Shown here in pieces: positions 20,225 to 31,519 of a stretch of DNA of 64,000 nucleotides. Every line of letters begins with the position of its first letter. Within the stretch, counting starts at the first letter, position 1. The translations under genes and the position numbers were made by a program. This stretch comes from an uncultured Actinomycetes bacterium. Lineage in GTDB: Bacteria; Actinomycetota; Thermoleophilia; Gaiellales; JAICJC01. The stretch lies in assembly GCA_963821535.1 (NCBI GenBank), contig CAWGEC010000009.1:62010-126009 (forward strand), written 5' to 3'. The notes under the pieces were generated by a model that was not told where the DNA came from, made no database searches, and saw only the letters and a list, made by a program, of their open reading frames with translations.

Positions 20225-20618
20225 ATGCCGCGTACGGGTGTCATAGGCGAGCAGATCTTCGCGCAAGTCGAGAAGCTCGAGAAGGGCGGCATGAGCCGCA
20301 CCGATGCGTTCAAGAAGATCTCCGCAGACAGCGGGCGCCGCGAGGGCACGGTCGCCGCCGAATTACTATCGAGTTGCGCGGAAGCGCGCGGGCGGATCGC
20401 TCAGGCCTCGCCGGGGTCCGCGCACACGTCGCGCCGCAGTCGCTCCCGCGACTCGTACACGCCGGCCCGCGGCCGCGGGCGGGAACGGCGATGTCGATGC
20501 GCTCACCCGCTCGCTTGTAGAGAACGTGCAGGCCCTCGCCGCGGCGATGAACGCCCAGGCTGCCGAGGTAAAGGATTTGCGCTCGCGCCTCGAGGGTGTG
20601 CGCAAGCTGCTCGCCTGA
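20225..20618 (+). CDS. Small basic putative DNA-binding protein (HTH-like N-terminus, Arg-rich linker, coiled coil; one frameshift)
   Basis: MPRTGVIGEQIFAQVEKL...SRTDAFKKISADSGRREGTVAA+NYYRVARKR...LRSRLEGVRKLLA*; GAGGTG RBS; TATAAC upstream. Confidence 0.55.
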
Positions 20619-20619
20619 G

Positions 20620-21756
20620 CTAGCGGACCTTCCCGCGCGCCTCGACGCTCCAGACGTGCTCTACGACGCCCGCCCGGGCGGCGCAGACGACGTCCTGGAG
20701 GTTGATGCACGTACACACGTGGTTCGGGACGATCTCGATTCGGTCGCCGACATGCCATGACGCGGATGAGGCACTCACGTCACAGATTCCGTGCTCCTCG
20801 TTGGTGACGGGAATCGTCACGTCAGGGTGATCGATAACGGCGCCCCGGCCCTCGCCGCCGGGGCCGCCGAATGCGGCGTCCGAAAGCATCTTCGATCCGG
20901 CGTCGACGATCGCGTTCCCGGGCACCGCCGTCGAGACGACGGTGGCGTGGACCCGGAGCGCGCAGTCATCGAGCGTGAGCGGCCCGTCGAACGCCACCTC
21001 GGTGCGGTCGAGGAAGACGTAGGTGCCGGCGCGCAGCTCGTTCACCGAGGGCGTGAGGTGTGTCATCTGCATCGCCGGCGTGCAGCCGCCAGACACCCGG
21101 TCGCAGCGCAGTCCGGCCTCGCCGAAGCGCGAGACGGCTTCGGCCAGCATCGCCTCGACGTCCGCGAGCTTGCGCTCGATGTCGGCGGCCGGCCCACGCA
21201 CGTGGCCGGGGAAGCAGCTGATCCCGGCGAGCTCCAGCCCGTCGAGGCCGGCGAGCCGCTGGGCGAGCGTGCACGCCGCGGCCGGGCTCTCGACCCCGGT
21301 GCGGTGCAGCCCGACGTCGATCTCGACCAGCACCTCCGCCCGGGCGCCGGCACGGGCGAGCGCCGCCGCCATCGGCTCGGCCGCCTCGTAGGAATCGACG
21401 GCCACCGTGAGGCTCGTGGCCGCGGCCACCTCGGCCAGCCGCCGCCATGCATCTGCCCCGTAGACGGGATAGTGAAGGAGGAGCGGGCCGAGGTCATGGC
21501 TTGTCATCACCTCGGCCTCGCCGACCTTTGCCACGGTGAGGCCGGCCGCTCCCGCTGCCAGCTGCATGCGCGCGACCGGCGGCATCTTGTGCGTCTTCGA
21601 GTGTGGCCAGAGCGCGAGCTCGTGCTCCCGCGCATAGCCCGCGAGCCGCGCGATGTTCGCCTCGAGCTTGTCGAGGTCGACCACCGCGATGGGCGTCGGC
21701 AGCTCCTCGACGGGCAGGCCGACCCAGGTCTCCGCCGTAGCCGCGGGCTCGAGCAT
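20620..21756 (-). CDS. DSD1/D-threonine aldolase-like fold-type III PLP enzyme
   Basis: LPTP..VVD, PHSKTHK, EIDVGLHRTGV, ELRAGTYVF, EEHG, PNHVC. Confidence 0.9.
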   Translation of the reverse strand: MLEPAATAETWVGLPVEELPTPIAVVDLDKLEANIARLAGYAREHELALWPHSKTHKMPPVARMQLAAGAAGLTVAKVGEAEVMTSHDLGPLLLHYPVYGADAWRRLAEVAAATSLTVAVDSYEAAEPMAAALARAGARAEVLVEIDVGLHRTGVESPAAACTLAQRLAGLDGLELAGISCFPGHVRGPAADIERKLADVEAMLAEAVSRFGEAGLRCDRVSGGCTPAMQMTHLTPSVNELRAGTYVFLDRTEVAFDGPLTLDDCALRVHATVVSTAVPGNAIVDAGSKMLSDAAFGGPGGEGRGAVIDHPDVTIPVTNEEHGICDVSASSASWHVGDRIEIVPNHVCTCINLQDVVCAARAGVVEHVWSVEARGKVR

Positions 21757-21773
21757 GTCCCGATGCTACCGGC

Positions 21774-21857
21774 GAAACACCCATGCCTGATGCCAATGTT
21801 TCATGCACGGCGAACAACCGGGGCCAGACGCCGGATGGGGTCTGGCCCCATGGGGTT
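21774..21857. repeat. Composite REP (family B GAAACA...CCAATGTTTC hairpin plus family A)
   Basis: Same two-part arrangement recurs at 38082-38246. Confidence 0.65.
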
Positions 21858-21870
21858 ACGCTGCAAGCCC

Positions 21871-22388
21871 ATGACATCGGGTCCGACCTGCGTGGCCAGC
21901 TCGTGCTGCTCCGCCCGCTCGAGGAGCGCGACTTCGCCCGCCTCGTCGAGATCGGCTCCGAGCCGGAGGTGGCGCGCTGGTGGCCGGATATCGCGGCCGC
22001 GGAGCTGGCGGAGAAGGCGGCCGGTGAGGAGGATGACACCGTCGCGCTGGCCGTCGAGCGGGAGGGGCGCGTCGTCGGGATGATCCAGTTCCACGAGGAG
22101 ACGACGCCCGACTTCCGGCATGCGGGCATCGACATCTTCCTCGCGACCGAATGCCACGGACAGGGGCTCGGCGCCGACGCGGTGCGGACGCTCGCGCGGC
22201 ACCTGTTCGAGGAGCGAGGCCACCACCGGGTGACGATCGACCCCGCCGCCGCCAACGGGCGCGCGATCCGTTCCTACGAGCGGGTGGGCTTCCGGCGTGT
22301 CGGGATCATGCGCCGCTACTGGCGCGACCCGGCCGGCGAATGGCAGGACGGCCTGCTGCTCGACCTGCTCGCCGGCGAGTTGAGCTAA
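21871..22388 (+). CDS. GNAT acetyltransferase (RimJ/AAC(6')-like); likely leaderless ATG with an early frameshift
   Basis: PEVARWW, HAGIDIFL, HGQGLG, IDPAAANGRAIRSYERVGF; TACGCT 8 nt upstream of the ATG. Confidence 0.8.
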
Positions 22389-23542
22389 ACCTGGAGCCGG
22401 ACTTCCTCTCGGACGCGTACGCCGTAGCGCTCGAGCCGTTCGAACAGCGGCGCGTACGGCACGCACCGCTCGGAGGGGAGGACGCCGGTGTGCGCAGCGA
22501 GCTCGCCGCGGCACAGCATGTCGGCGACGACGGCCGGCGGGCACGCGGTGGAGAGGACTCCGCCGCCGAAGTCGAGCCGGTCGACGGCCGAGGTGACGCA
22601 CTCCACGATCGCAAGGCCGCCCTCGGCGCCGTGCGCCTCGATGCGGTGGATACCGAACGCGTGATGCGACGGCGAGGCCTTCGGGAGCTGCGCAAGGAGC
22701 GCGAGCAGCACGTGCCGCGGCGTGACGCGCATGCCGCGCACCTCGACCGGTTCGGTGTGCGCGAGCCCGATCTCGGTGAGAAACCGGATCCGGTCGAGGA
22801 AGACCGGGTTGAGTGAGAGCTGAAAGCTGACGTTGCGGGCGCCGAAGCTCTGCGGGAACGTCGCCTGCTCTGAGTGGATCGTGTAGATCGTCTCCGCGGG
22901 GCCGGCGGGCGGACCGAACTCGACCGTGCCGGCCTCGCTCATCGGCGGCACGTACATGACCTCGCCGTCGCGGACGACCGGCGTCGGCATCGAGAGCTCG
23001 TCGAGGATCGTCTCGAGGGCGTACGGCGCGACGAGCGGCCCCGCCGGCGGGTCGGGGTCGCGCCCGGCAGCCGCGACGACGATCCGTTCGACGTCGTCGC
23101 CGAGCAGCTCGACCGCCCGGGCCGCCATGACGTTCGTCTTCCCCGGCGTCGAGCCCATCCCGAGCACCGCCAGCCGGCCGGCCTCCCGGAAGCGGACGTC
23201 GAGCTCGAGCTGCTCGAGCGTCACGTGGAAGAGGCCGCCCAGGTCGACGTAGCCGGCGCCGGCGGCGAGCGCCGCCCGCATCGCGGCGAGGTTCACCCGG
23301 TAGGAAGCCGTGTTCAGGAGGACGTCGGCGCCCTCCAGCGCGGCGGCCGCCCCGGCGTGGTCGGTGATGTCGAGACCCGCCCCGGTCGCGCGCCCGCCGC
23401 CGTGCCGCTCGGCCACCTCCCGCGCGCCTGCCTCGTTCATGTCGAGGACCAGGATGCGCTCGACCGCCTCCTGCTCGGCCAGCGTCGCGACGATGGCGGG
23501 CCCGATGATGCCGGCCGCGCCGACGACCGCGACAGTGCTCAT
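22385..23542 (-). CDS. Saccharopine dehydrogenase-family oxidoreductase
   Basis: VVGAAGIIG, YVDLGG, GMGSTPGKTN, HSE. Confidence 0.85.
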   Translation of the reverse strand: MSTVAVVGAAGIIGPAIVATLAEQEAVERILVLDMNEAGAREVAERHGGGRATGAGLDITDHAGAAAALEGADVLLNTASYRVNLAAMRAALAAGAGYVDLGGLFHVTLEQLELDVRFREAGRLAVLGMGSTPGKTNVMAARAVELLGDDVERIVVAAAGRDPDPPAGPLVAPYALETILDELSMPTPVVRDGEVMYVPPMSEAGTVEFGPPAGPAETIYTIHSEQATFPQSFGARNVSFQLSLNPVFLDRIRFLTEIGLAHTEPVEVRGMRVTPRHVLLALLAQLPKASPSHHAFGIHRIEAHGAEGGLAIVECVTSAVDRLDFGGGVLSTACPPAVVADMLCRGELAAHTGVLPSERCVPYAPLFERLERYGVRVREEVRLQV

Positions 23543-23546
23543 GAAA

Positions 23547-24947
23547 CTAGGAGGAGACGGTTTGGCGGGAGCCCGACTTCGTCATCTCGACCCACGCCTC
23601 GTCGAGAACCGTGTCGAGGACGTCGTGGATGAAGTCGAGGTCGTCGCGGGTCGCAACGAGCGGGGGCGACAGCTGGATGACCGGGTCGCCGCGGTCGTCG
23701 GCGCGGCAGATGAGGCCCGAGTCGTACATACGTCGCGACAGGAACTCGCGCAGCAGATGCTCCGACTCCGCATGGGTGAAGGTCTCCTTGGTCTCCTTGT
23801 CCTTGACGAGCTCGAGCGACATGAAGTAGCCCGCGCCGCGCACGTCGCCGACGATCGGCTTCTCGCCGAGCTTCTTCAGGATTCCGCGGAAGTAGTCCTC
23901 GTTCTGGCGGACGTTTTCGAGCAGGCCCTCCCGCTCCATCACCTCGACGTTCTTGAGCGCCACCGCGCACGAGACGGGGTGGCCGCCGTAGGTGATGCCG
24001 TGGGTGAACATGTTCGTGCCTTCGATGAACGGCGCCGCGACGGCGTCGGTCATGAGCACGCCCCCGAGCGGGACATGGGCCGATCCGATGCCCTTGGCGA
24101 ACGTGATGACGTCGGGGCGGATGTCGTAGCGCTCGGAACCGAACCAGTATCCGAGCCGTCCGAACCCGCAGATCACCTCGTCGGCGACCAACAGGATCCC
24201 GTACTCGTCGCAGATTTCGCGGACACCGCGGCAGTAGCCCTCGGGTGGGGTGAACGTGCCGCCCGAGTTCTGCACGGGCTCGATGAAGACGGCCGCCACC
24301 GACTCGGGGTCCTCCTGCTCGATCAGCTCGCGTAGCTCAGTGAGCAGGAACTGCGTGAACTCGGCTTCCGTCTCGCCGTGTATGCGGCGGTAGTTGTTCG
24401 TGTTCGACACGTGCCGGACGCCGGGCATGAGCGGTTCGAACGGTGTGCGCAGCGGAGCGACGCCCGTCAGCGAGAGCGCCCCGAACGTGGTGCCGTGGTA
24501 GGCGATCCGGCGCGCGATCATCTTGTAGCGATTCCGGAAGCCTTTGAGCTGGTGGTACTGCTTGACGAGTTTGATGATCGACTCGTTCGCCTCGGAGCCG
24601 CCGGAGACGAAGAACGTGCGGTTCAGGTCGCCCGGCGCGATCTCGGCGACCTTGCCCGCGAGCTCGATCGAACGCGGGTGGGCGTAGTTCCAGTTCGTGT
24701 AGAACGGCAGCTCCGCCATCTGCTCGGCGGCCGCCTCGCCCAGCTCCGCCCCGAAGCTGTAGCCGATCTGCGTGCAGAAGAGCCCGGAGAGCGCGTCGAA
24801 GTACTTCTTGCCGTTCGTGTCGTAGACCGAGCAGTGCTCCCCGCGGGTGATCACCGGCACCTCGTCCGTCTCGTACGCCGAGTGGCGCGTGAAGTGCATG
24901 AGGAGGTGGCGCTTCGCGAGCGTCTGGAGCTGAGCGTGGTCAGTCAT
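23547..24947 (-). CDS. Class III omega-aminotransferase (putrescine/beta-alanine:pyruvate type)
   Basis: FFVSGGSEANE, AYHG, DEVICGFGR, TFAKG, HGITYGGHP. Confidence 0.92.
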   Translation of the reverse strand: MTDHAQLQTLAKRHLLMHFTRHSAYETDEVPVITRGEHCSVYDTNGKKYFDALSGLFCTQIGYSFGAELGEAAAEQMAELPFYTNWNYAHPRSIELAGKVAEIAPGDLNRTFFVSGGSEANESIIKLVKQYHQLKGFRNRYKMIARRIAYHGTTFGALSLTGVAPLRTPFEPLMPGVRHVSNTNNYRRIHGETEAEFTQFLLTELRELIEQEDPESVAAVFIEPVQNSGGTFTPPEGYCRGVREICDEYGILLVADEVICGFGRLGYWFGSERYDIRPDVITFAKGIGSAHVPLGGVLMTDAVAAPFIEGTNMFTHGITYGGHPVSCAVALKNVEVMEREGLLENVRQNEDYFRGILKKLGEKPIVGDVRGAGYFMSLELVKDKETKETFTHAESEHLLREFLSRRMYDSGLICRADDRGDPVIQLSPPLVATRDDLDFIHDVLDTVLDEAWVEMTKSGSRQTVSS

Positions 24948-25071
24948 TCCGGCCGATCCTTTCGGGGCGTGGCAGCCCTGGGATGGTACAGGGAACGGCC
25001 TTTCCCGGCCTCCGATCGAGGGCGGCCTCTATACTCGCCGGGCACGGCTTCGACCGCGGGGGTATAGACCA

Positions 25072-26361
25072 ATGGCCGTCCACACCGGAACCTCTTCAGA
25101 GGCGCTTCGCGCCAAGCGAGACCGCTACGTCGCGCGCGGCGTCTCGATCGCGCCGATCTTCGCCGCACGCGCCCACGGGGCGCGGCTGACCGACGCCGAC
25201 GGCCGTGAGTACATCGACTTCGCCGGCGGGATCGGCGTGCTCAACCTGGGCCACACGCCGGATGCCGTGGTCGAGGCGATCGCGCAGCAGGCCGGGGAGC
25301 TGATCCATGCCTGCTTCCCGGTGGCGGCCTACGAGCCGTACCTCGAGGTGTGCCGGATGCTGTCCGACCTGGCCCCGGGGACGGGCGAGAAGAAGGCGGT
25401 GCTGATCAACTCCGGCGCCGAGGCCGTCGAGAACGCCGTCAAGATCGCCCGCTACCACACGGGCCGCCCGGCCGTGATCACGTTCGACCGCGGCTTCCAC
25501 GGGCGGACGCTGCTTGCCATGAGCCTCACGTCGAAGCTCGTCTACAAGCGCGGGATGGGCCCGTTCGCGCCCGAGATCTACCGGGCGCCGGCGCCGTATC
25601 CGTATCGCGGGATCGACACCGCCGACGCGCTCGAGGCGCTCGACTGGATGTTCAAGGCGACGGTCGACCCGGCGTCGGTGGCGTGCGTGATCCTCGAGCC
25701 GATCCAGGGCGAGGGCGGCTTCACCGTCATGCCCGCGGACTTCATCCAGGGCCTGAAGGCGCGCTGCGAGCAGCACGGCATCCTCTACATCGACGACGAG
25801 GTGCAGGCCGGCATGGGCCGCACCGGCACGCTGTGGGGCATCGAGCACTCCGGCGTCGTCCCCGACCTGATCACCGTCGGCAAGTCGCTCGCGTCGGGCA
25901 TGCCGCTGGCCGGTGTGATCGGCTCGACCGAGGTGATGGACTCGGTCCATCCGGGCGGCCTCGGCTCGACCTACGGTGGCAACCCGGTGGCGTGCGCCGC
26001 TGCGGTGGAGAGCCTGAAGGCCATCTCCGACCCCGACTTCCTGGCCCGCGCGGTCGAGGTGGGCGAGCGCATCCATGCGCGGCTGAACGAGATGGCCTCG
26101 CGCCACCCGGCGATCGGGGAGGTGCGCGGGATCGGCCCGATGGCGGCCATCGAGCTCGTGAAGGACTCCGAGACGCGCGAGCCGGGAGCCGAGCTCGCGG
26201 CCGCGACGGTGGCGGCGGCGCTCGACCGGGGGCTCATCATCCTGAAGACCGGCATCTACGACAACGTCATCCGCATCCTGGTGCCGATCGCCGCGCCCGA
26301 CGAGGACCTCGAGGCAGGCCTCGACCGGCTCGAGGAGTCGCTTGGAGCAGCAGCAGCCTGA
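25072..26361 (+). CDS. gabT: 4-aminobutyrate aminotransferase
   Basis: [43 protein letters not shown]. Confidence 0.92.
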   Translation: MAVHTGTSSEALRAKRDRYVARGVSIAPIFAARAHGARLTDADGREYIDFAGGIGVLNLGHTPDAVVEAIAQQAGELIHACFPVAAYEPYLEVCRMLSDLAPGTGEKKAVLINSGAEAVENAVKIARYHTGRPAVITFDRGFHGRTLLAMSLTSKLVYKRGMGPFAPEIYRAPAPYPYRGIDTADALEALDWMFKATVDPASVACVILEPIQGEGGFTVMPADFIQGLKARCEQHGILYIDDEVQAGMGRTGTLWGIEHSGVVPDLITVGKSLASGMPLAGVIGSTEVMDSVHPGGLGSTYGGNPVACAAAVESLKAISDPDFLARAVEVGERIHARLNEMASRHPAIGEVRGIGPMAAIELVKDSETREPGAELAAATVAAALDRGLIILKTGIYDNVIRILVPIAAPDEDLEAGLDRLEESLGAAAA

Positions 26362-27430
26362 GCCATCCGGAGCCGCGGCGGTCAGTCTCCGCGGCGTCCG
26401 CAAGACCTACGGCGACGTCGTCGCCGTCGACAGGGTGAGCCTCGACGTGGCCGACGGCGAGTTCTTCTCGATGCTCGGCCCGTCGGGGTCGGGGAAGACA
26501 ACGACGCTGCGGATGATCGCCGGGTTCGAGCTCCCGACCGAGGGCGAGGTGCTCCTGAACGGCGCCGACGTCTCGCGGCTGCCGCCCTACCAGCGCGACG
26601 TCAACACCGTCTTCCAGGACTATGCGCTCTTCCCGCACATGTCGGTCGGCGAGAACGTCGGGTACGGCCTGATGGTGCGGCGGGTGGGGAAGGGTGAGCG
26701 GAAGACCCGGGTCGGCGAGGCGCTCGAGATGGTGCGCCTGCCCGGGTTCGAGTCGCGCAAGCCCTCGCAGCTCTCGGGCGGCCAGCGCCAGCGGGTCGCC
26801 CTGGCCCGCGCGCTCGTGAACCGGCCCAAGCTGCTCCTGCTCGACGAGCCGCTCGGCGCGCTCGACCTGAAGCTCCGCGAGGAGATGCAGATCGAGCTGA
26901 AGGCGATCCAGAAGGACGTCGGCATCACGTTCATCTTCGTCACGCACGACCAGGACGAGGCGCTCACGCTCTCGGATCGCCTGGCGGTCTTCAACGGCGG
27001 CCGGATCGACCAGGTCGGCTCGCCCGCCGAGGTGTACGAGAACCCGGCGACGGCGTTCGTGGCCGGCTTCGTCGGGACGTCGAACCTGATCACGGGCGAT
27101 GTGGCCAGGGCCGTCGCCGGGGCCGAGGGGACGTTCACCGTCCGGCCTGAGAAGATCCATCTCGCCGACCCGGGCGAGCAGCCGACGCCCGCGCAGTGCT
27201 CCGTCAACGGCACGGTGCGCGAGGTCGTCTACCTGGGCGTGAACACCCGCTACATCGTCTCCCTGGACGGAGGGGGCGAGCTGGTCGTCGTACAGCAGAA
27301 CCAGGCCACGTCGTCGATGCAGGCACTTGCGGCGCGCGGCCGGCAGGTGCGTCTCATCTGGGACCGGGAGCACAACCGCGCCGTCGAGGCATCCGGTTCG
27401 AACATCGAGTGGGAGGAGATCTCGGCATGA
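26342..27430 (+). CDS. Polyamine ABC transporter ATPase (PotA-like)
   Basis: [27 protein letters not shown] tail. Confidence 0.93.
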   Translation: MEQQQPEPSGAAAVSLRGVRKTYGDVVAVDRVSLDVADGEFFSMLGPSGSGKTTTLRMIAGFELPTEGEVLLNGADVSRLPPYQRDVNTVFQDYALFPHMSVGENVGYGLMVRRVGKGERKTRVGEALEMVRLPGFESRKPSQLSGGQRQRVALARALVNRPKLLLLDEPLGALDLKLREEMQIELKAIQKDVGITFIFVTHDQDEALTLSDRLAVFNGGRIDQVGSPAEVYENPATAFVAGFVGTSNLITGDVARAVAGAEGTFTVRPEKIHLADPGEQPTPAQCSVNGTVREVVYLGVNTRYIVSLDGGGELVVVQQNQATSSMQALAARGRQVRLIWDREHNRAVEASGSNIEWEEISA

Positions 27431-28600
27431 AGAGGAGCTGGATGGCACTGGCCGCCGCCACGGCGAGCCTGGCCGTCGCCGCGGGCTGCGGCGGGGGCGG
27501 CGGAAGCGACAATGCGGGCGGCGGGGGGAGCAGCGTGAAGCCGGTCGCGACGATCGGCCCCACCGAGGGCGCGCTCAACCTGATCGCGTGGCAGGGCTAC
27601 ACCGAGGACAACGTCGTGAAGCCGTTCGAGGCCCAGACGGGCTGCCAGGTGCACGTCACCTACGGGCAGACGTCCGACGACATGGTGCGGCTCATGCGCA
27701 CCGGCAACTACGACGGCGTGTCGGCGTCGGGCGACGCGACCAACCGCCTGATCGCCGCCGGCGACGTGAAGCCGGTCGACGTGCAGAAGCTCATCCCCGA
27801 CTTCAAGGACATCTCGCCGGCGCTCCAGTCGCCGCCGCACAACACCGTCGACGGCGTGCACTACGGCGTCTCCTACGAGTGGGGCGCGGACGTCCTCATG
27901 TACAACAAGGACGTCGTCACGACGCCGCCCGACAGCTGGGGCGTGATCTTCGACGGCACGAGCTACTCCGGCAAGGTCGACGCCTACGACAGCCCGATCT
28001 ACATCGCCGACGCCGCCGTCTACCTGAAGTCGGCGCAGCCGGACCTCAAGATCACGGACCCGTACGAGCTGACCCAGGACCAGTTCGACGCCGCGGTCAA
28101 CCTGCTGAAGAAGCAGCGCCAGGCGATCGGGAACTACTGGGGCAGCTACACGTCCCAGATCTCCGACTTCAAGAACGGCTCGATCGTGATCGGCCCGACG
28201 TGGCCGTATCAGTACAACGCCCTCGTCGCCGACAAGCAGAACATGGGCGTCGTGCTCCCGAAGGAGGGGGCGACAGGCTGGGCCGACACGTGGATGCTCT
28301 CGTCCCAGGCCGCGAACCCCAACTGCATGCTGAAGTGGATGGCCTACGCGACGACGCCGCCCGTGCAGGCCAAGACGGCCTACACGTTCGGCTCGGCGCC
28401 GGCCAACCCGCAGGCCTGCTCGATCCTCGACAAGGAAGTCGCGAACTACTGCACCGACTACCACGTCACCGACCCGGCGTATTTCAAGAGCATCGCCTAC
28501 TGGAAGACGCCGCTCACCGACTGCGGCGACGACCGGGGCGAGCACCTGCGTCCCGTACTCGGAGTGGACGTCCGCCTGGACGGAGATCAAGAACAGCTAG
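27427..28600 (+). CDS. Polyamine ABC substrate-binding lipoprotein (YdcS/PotD-like; frameshift near 28540)
   Basis: Lipobox AAGC; [12 protein letters not shown]; C-terminus [17 protein letters not shown] in the shifted frame. Confidence 0.88.
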
Positions 28601-28606
28601 ACCACC

Positions 28607-28657
28607 GGGGCCAGACCCCATAGCGATCGCGCTATGGGGTCTGGCCCGCGGGGTTCG
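28607..28657. repeat. REP family A variant between SBP and permease genes
   Basis: GGGGCCAGACCCCATAGCG...CGCTATGGGGTCTGGCCC long hairpin. Confidence 0.75.
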
Positions 28658-29574
28658 ATGAGCACCACCGCACCCGACATCGCCAAGCCGTCAGGGGGGC
28701 TTCGCACCCGGGTCTCGGCGTTCCTCTACCGCCGCCGGCCGCTGAAGCTGGTCCTGCTCCTGGCGCCGCCGCTCAGCTGGATCGTCCTCGTCTATCTGGC
28801 CGCGCTCGCGGTGCTGCTCTTCACGTCGCTCTGGATCGAGGACGAGCTCTCCGGCCGGATCATCCACACCCTCACGCTGGACAACTTCCGCGAGCTCTGG
28901 AACCAGCCGGTCTACCGGACCATCACCAAGAACACGCTCGTGATGGCCATCGTGGTGACGATCACCGACGCCCTGCTGGCGTTCCCGCTCGCGTACTACA
29001 TGGTGCGCATGGCGTCGCGGCGGATGCGGGCGCTGCTCTTCATCGGCGTCCTCATGCCGCTCTGGTCGAGCTACCTGATCAAGGCCTACACGTGGCGCCT
29101 CATCACCTCGCAGGACGGCCCGATCAACTGGACGCTCGGCAAGGTCGGGATCGGCCCGGTCGACATCGCGTTCAGCTACCTGGCGATGTGGCTCACGTTC
29201 AGCTACCTGTGGCTGCCGTACATGGTGCTGCCGGTGTACGCGGCCCTGGAGCGGGTGCCCGACGTCGTATCCTGGAGGCCTCGGCCGACCTCGGCGGCCG
29301 GGCCTGGATCACGTTCCGGAAGGTGATCTGGCCGCTCGCGCTCCCCGGCATCGCCGCCGGCTCCATCTTCACGTTCTCGCTCACGCTCGGCGACTACGTC
29401 GTGCCCGACCTCGTGGGCGGCAACAACCACGACTTCATCGGCAACGTCATCTTCCGGTTCCAGGGCGTCGCCCAGAACGTGCCGTTCGCCGCCGCGTTCG
29501 CGTGCGTCCCGGTGGTCATCGTCAGCCTCTACCTGGTCCTGATGAAGCGGCTGGGCGCGTTCGAGGCGCTCTGA
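28658..29574 (+). CDS. Polyamine ABC permease (PotB-like; frameshift near 29265)
   Basis: TM helices; LEASADLG (EAA loop); FTFSLTLGDY. Confidence 0.87.
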
Positions 29575-29575
29575 A

Positions 29576-30374
29576 ATGGAACCCCGCCCCGTCAGGATCG
29601 CGATCCGGGCCGGCGCGCTCGTGCGTGATGCTCTTCCTGTACCTGCCGCTGGCCGTCATCGCGCTGAACGCGTTCGGCTCGTCCAAGATCCCGAGCTGGC
29701 CCGTGACGAGCTTCACGACCCACTGGTTCAGGCTGGCGTGGAACGACCAGTTCGCCCGCGACGCGCTCGTGAACTCCTTCTCGGTCGGGCTCCGCGCCGC
29801 GGCGCTGGCGCTCGTCCTCGGGACGTGCATCGCGTTCGCGCTCTCGCGGTTCCGGTTCTTCGGCCAGAACGCGATCTCGCTCCTCTTCGTGCTCCCGATC
29901 GCGCTGCCGGGCATCGTCACCGGCATGGCCCTGCTCTCGGCGATCGAGTACCTCTCGATCAAGCCCTCGCTGTGGACGGTCGTCGTCGGCCATGCCACCT
30001 TCTGCATCGTCGTCGTCTACAACAACGCCGTCGCGCGGCTGCGGCGGTCGTCCGCGTCGTTCGAGGAGGCCTCGATGGACCTCGGCGCGGACGGGTGGCA
30101 GACGTTCCGGCACGTGACGCTCCCCAACCTCTCGACCGCGCTCGTCGCGGGCGGCCTCCTGGCGTTCGCGCTCTCGTTCGACGAGATCGTCGTCACGCTC
30201 TTCACGGCCGGCTCCCAGCAGACGCTGCCGCTGTGGATGTACGAGCAGTTCAAGCTGCCGAACACGGCGCCCGAGGCCAACGCCGTCGCCGTCTTCGTGA
30301 TCGCCCTGACGGCCGTCCCGATCTACTTCGCCCAGCGCCTCATGCGCGACGCGGGCGGCATCGCCGGCCGGTAG
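29576..30374 (+). CDS. Polyamine ABC permease (PotC-like; frameshifted 5' end)
   Basis: FLYLP, FEEASMDLGA, LSFDEIVVT. Confidence 0.87.
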
Positions 30375-30426
30375 CGGACAGTCCAGTCGCTGCAACCCGC
30401 CGCAGGCTTTGGTAGCCTGCGTCCCC

Positions 30427-31507
30427 ATGTCGTCCGCCCGTGGCCAGGCGCGCCGTCGCGCGCCCTCGACCCGAGCGCTTGTGGGATTGCCGGTGCTGTG
30501 CATCGCCGTGGTCGCCGCGATGTCCGCTCCCACCGCTTCCGCGGACACGCTGTCGTCGAAGCGCGCCCAGGCCAGGGCCGCCGAGGCGCACCTCACCGCC
30601 CTCGAGAGCGCCGCCGAGAGGCGGGTCGAGATCTACGACGGCATCCACCAGAAGTTCGTCAACACGCGGAACGCCATCCGCCTCAACGAGCAGTCGCTCA
30701 AGGTCGCGCAGGCGAACCTGAAGGCGGCGGAGACGCGGCTCGAGGCCAGCCTCACCGAGACGTACAAGACCGGCGGCGAGGACGCCTTCTCCTACCTCCT
30801 CGCGGCCCGGTCGATCGGCGAGCTCGTCGACCAGATGCAGGTCATGCAGCGCGTGAACGGCATCAACAAGACGCTGCTGAACCAGGTCACCCGCTACAAG
30901 ACCGAGGTCGCCACCCGCCAGTCGCGCCTCGCCAAGCTGCTGAAGGCCGTCCGCGCCCAGCAGGCGGCATCCGCCGCGGCCAAGGCGCGTGCCCAGGCGG
31001 CCGTCAACCGGCAGAAGTCCTACATCAACAGCCTCAAGGCCTCGATCCAGAAGATCCTGGACGAGCAGGCGGCCGCCCGCCAGCGCGCCGCCGAGGCGGC
31101 CGCGGGCCAGGGGATCATCCACCACCACCACCAACCTCCCGGTGCCGCCGTCGAGCACGCTGGGCGGCCAGGCGGTCGCGATCGCCGAGCAGTATCTGGG
31201 CGTGCCCTACGTCTGGGGCGGCGCGAGCCCGTCGGGCTTCGACTGCTCCGGGCTCGTCATGTACGTCTACGCCCAGCTCGGCGTGTCGCTCCCGCACAAC
31301 GCGGCGGCCCAGATGTCGTCGCTGCCGGCGGTGCCGCTGAATGCCCTCGAGCCCGGCGACCTGGTCTTCTTCAACGGCGCCTCCCACGTGGGGATCTACG
31401 TGGGCAACGGCACGATGATCCACGCGCCCCACACGGGCACGGTCGTGCAGTTCGGCAGCATCAACGACGAGGGCTCGATCACCGGCGCGGCCCGCGTCCC
31501 CGGCTGA
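30427..31507 (+). CDS. Secreted coiled-coil NlpC/P60 peptidoglycan endopeptidase (CwlO-like; frameshift near 31115)
   Basis: Signal peptide, long coiled coil, GVPYVWGG, FDCSGL, HVGIY. Confidence 0.9.
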
Positions 31508-31519
31508 CCGGGTCCGACG

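Noticed and set aside
21871-22388. Aminoglycoside resistance gene aac(6')
   Set aside because: Only general GNAT similarity; the substrate cannot be inferred from sequence
31110-31140. HHHHQ tract in the NlpC/P60 ORF translation
   Set aside because: Artefact of the shifted frame; the correct frame reads SSTTTTNLP (linker)
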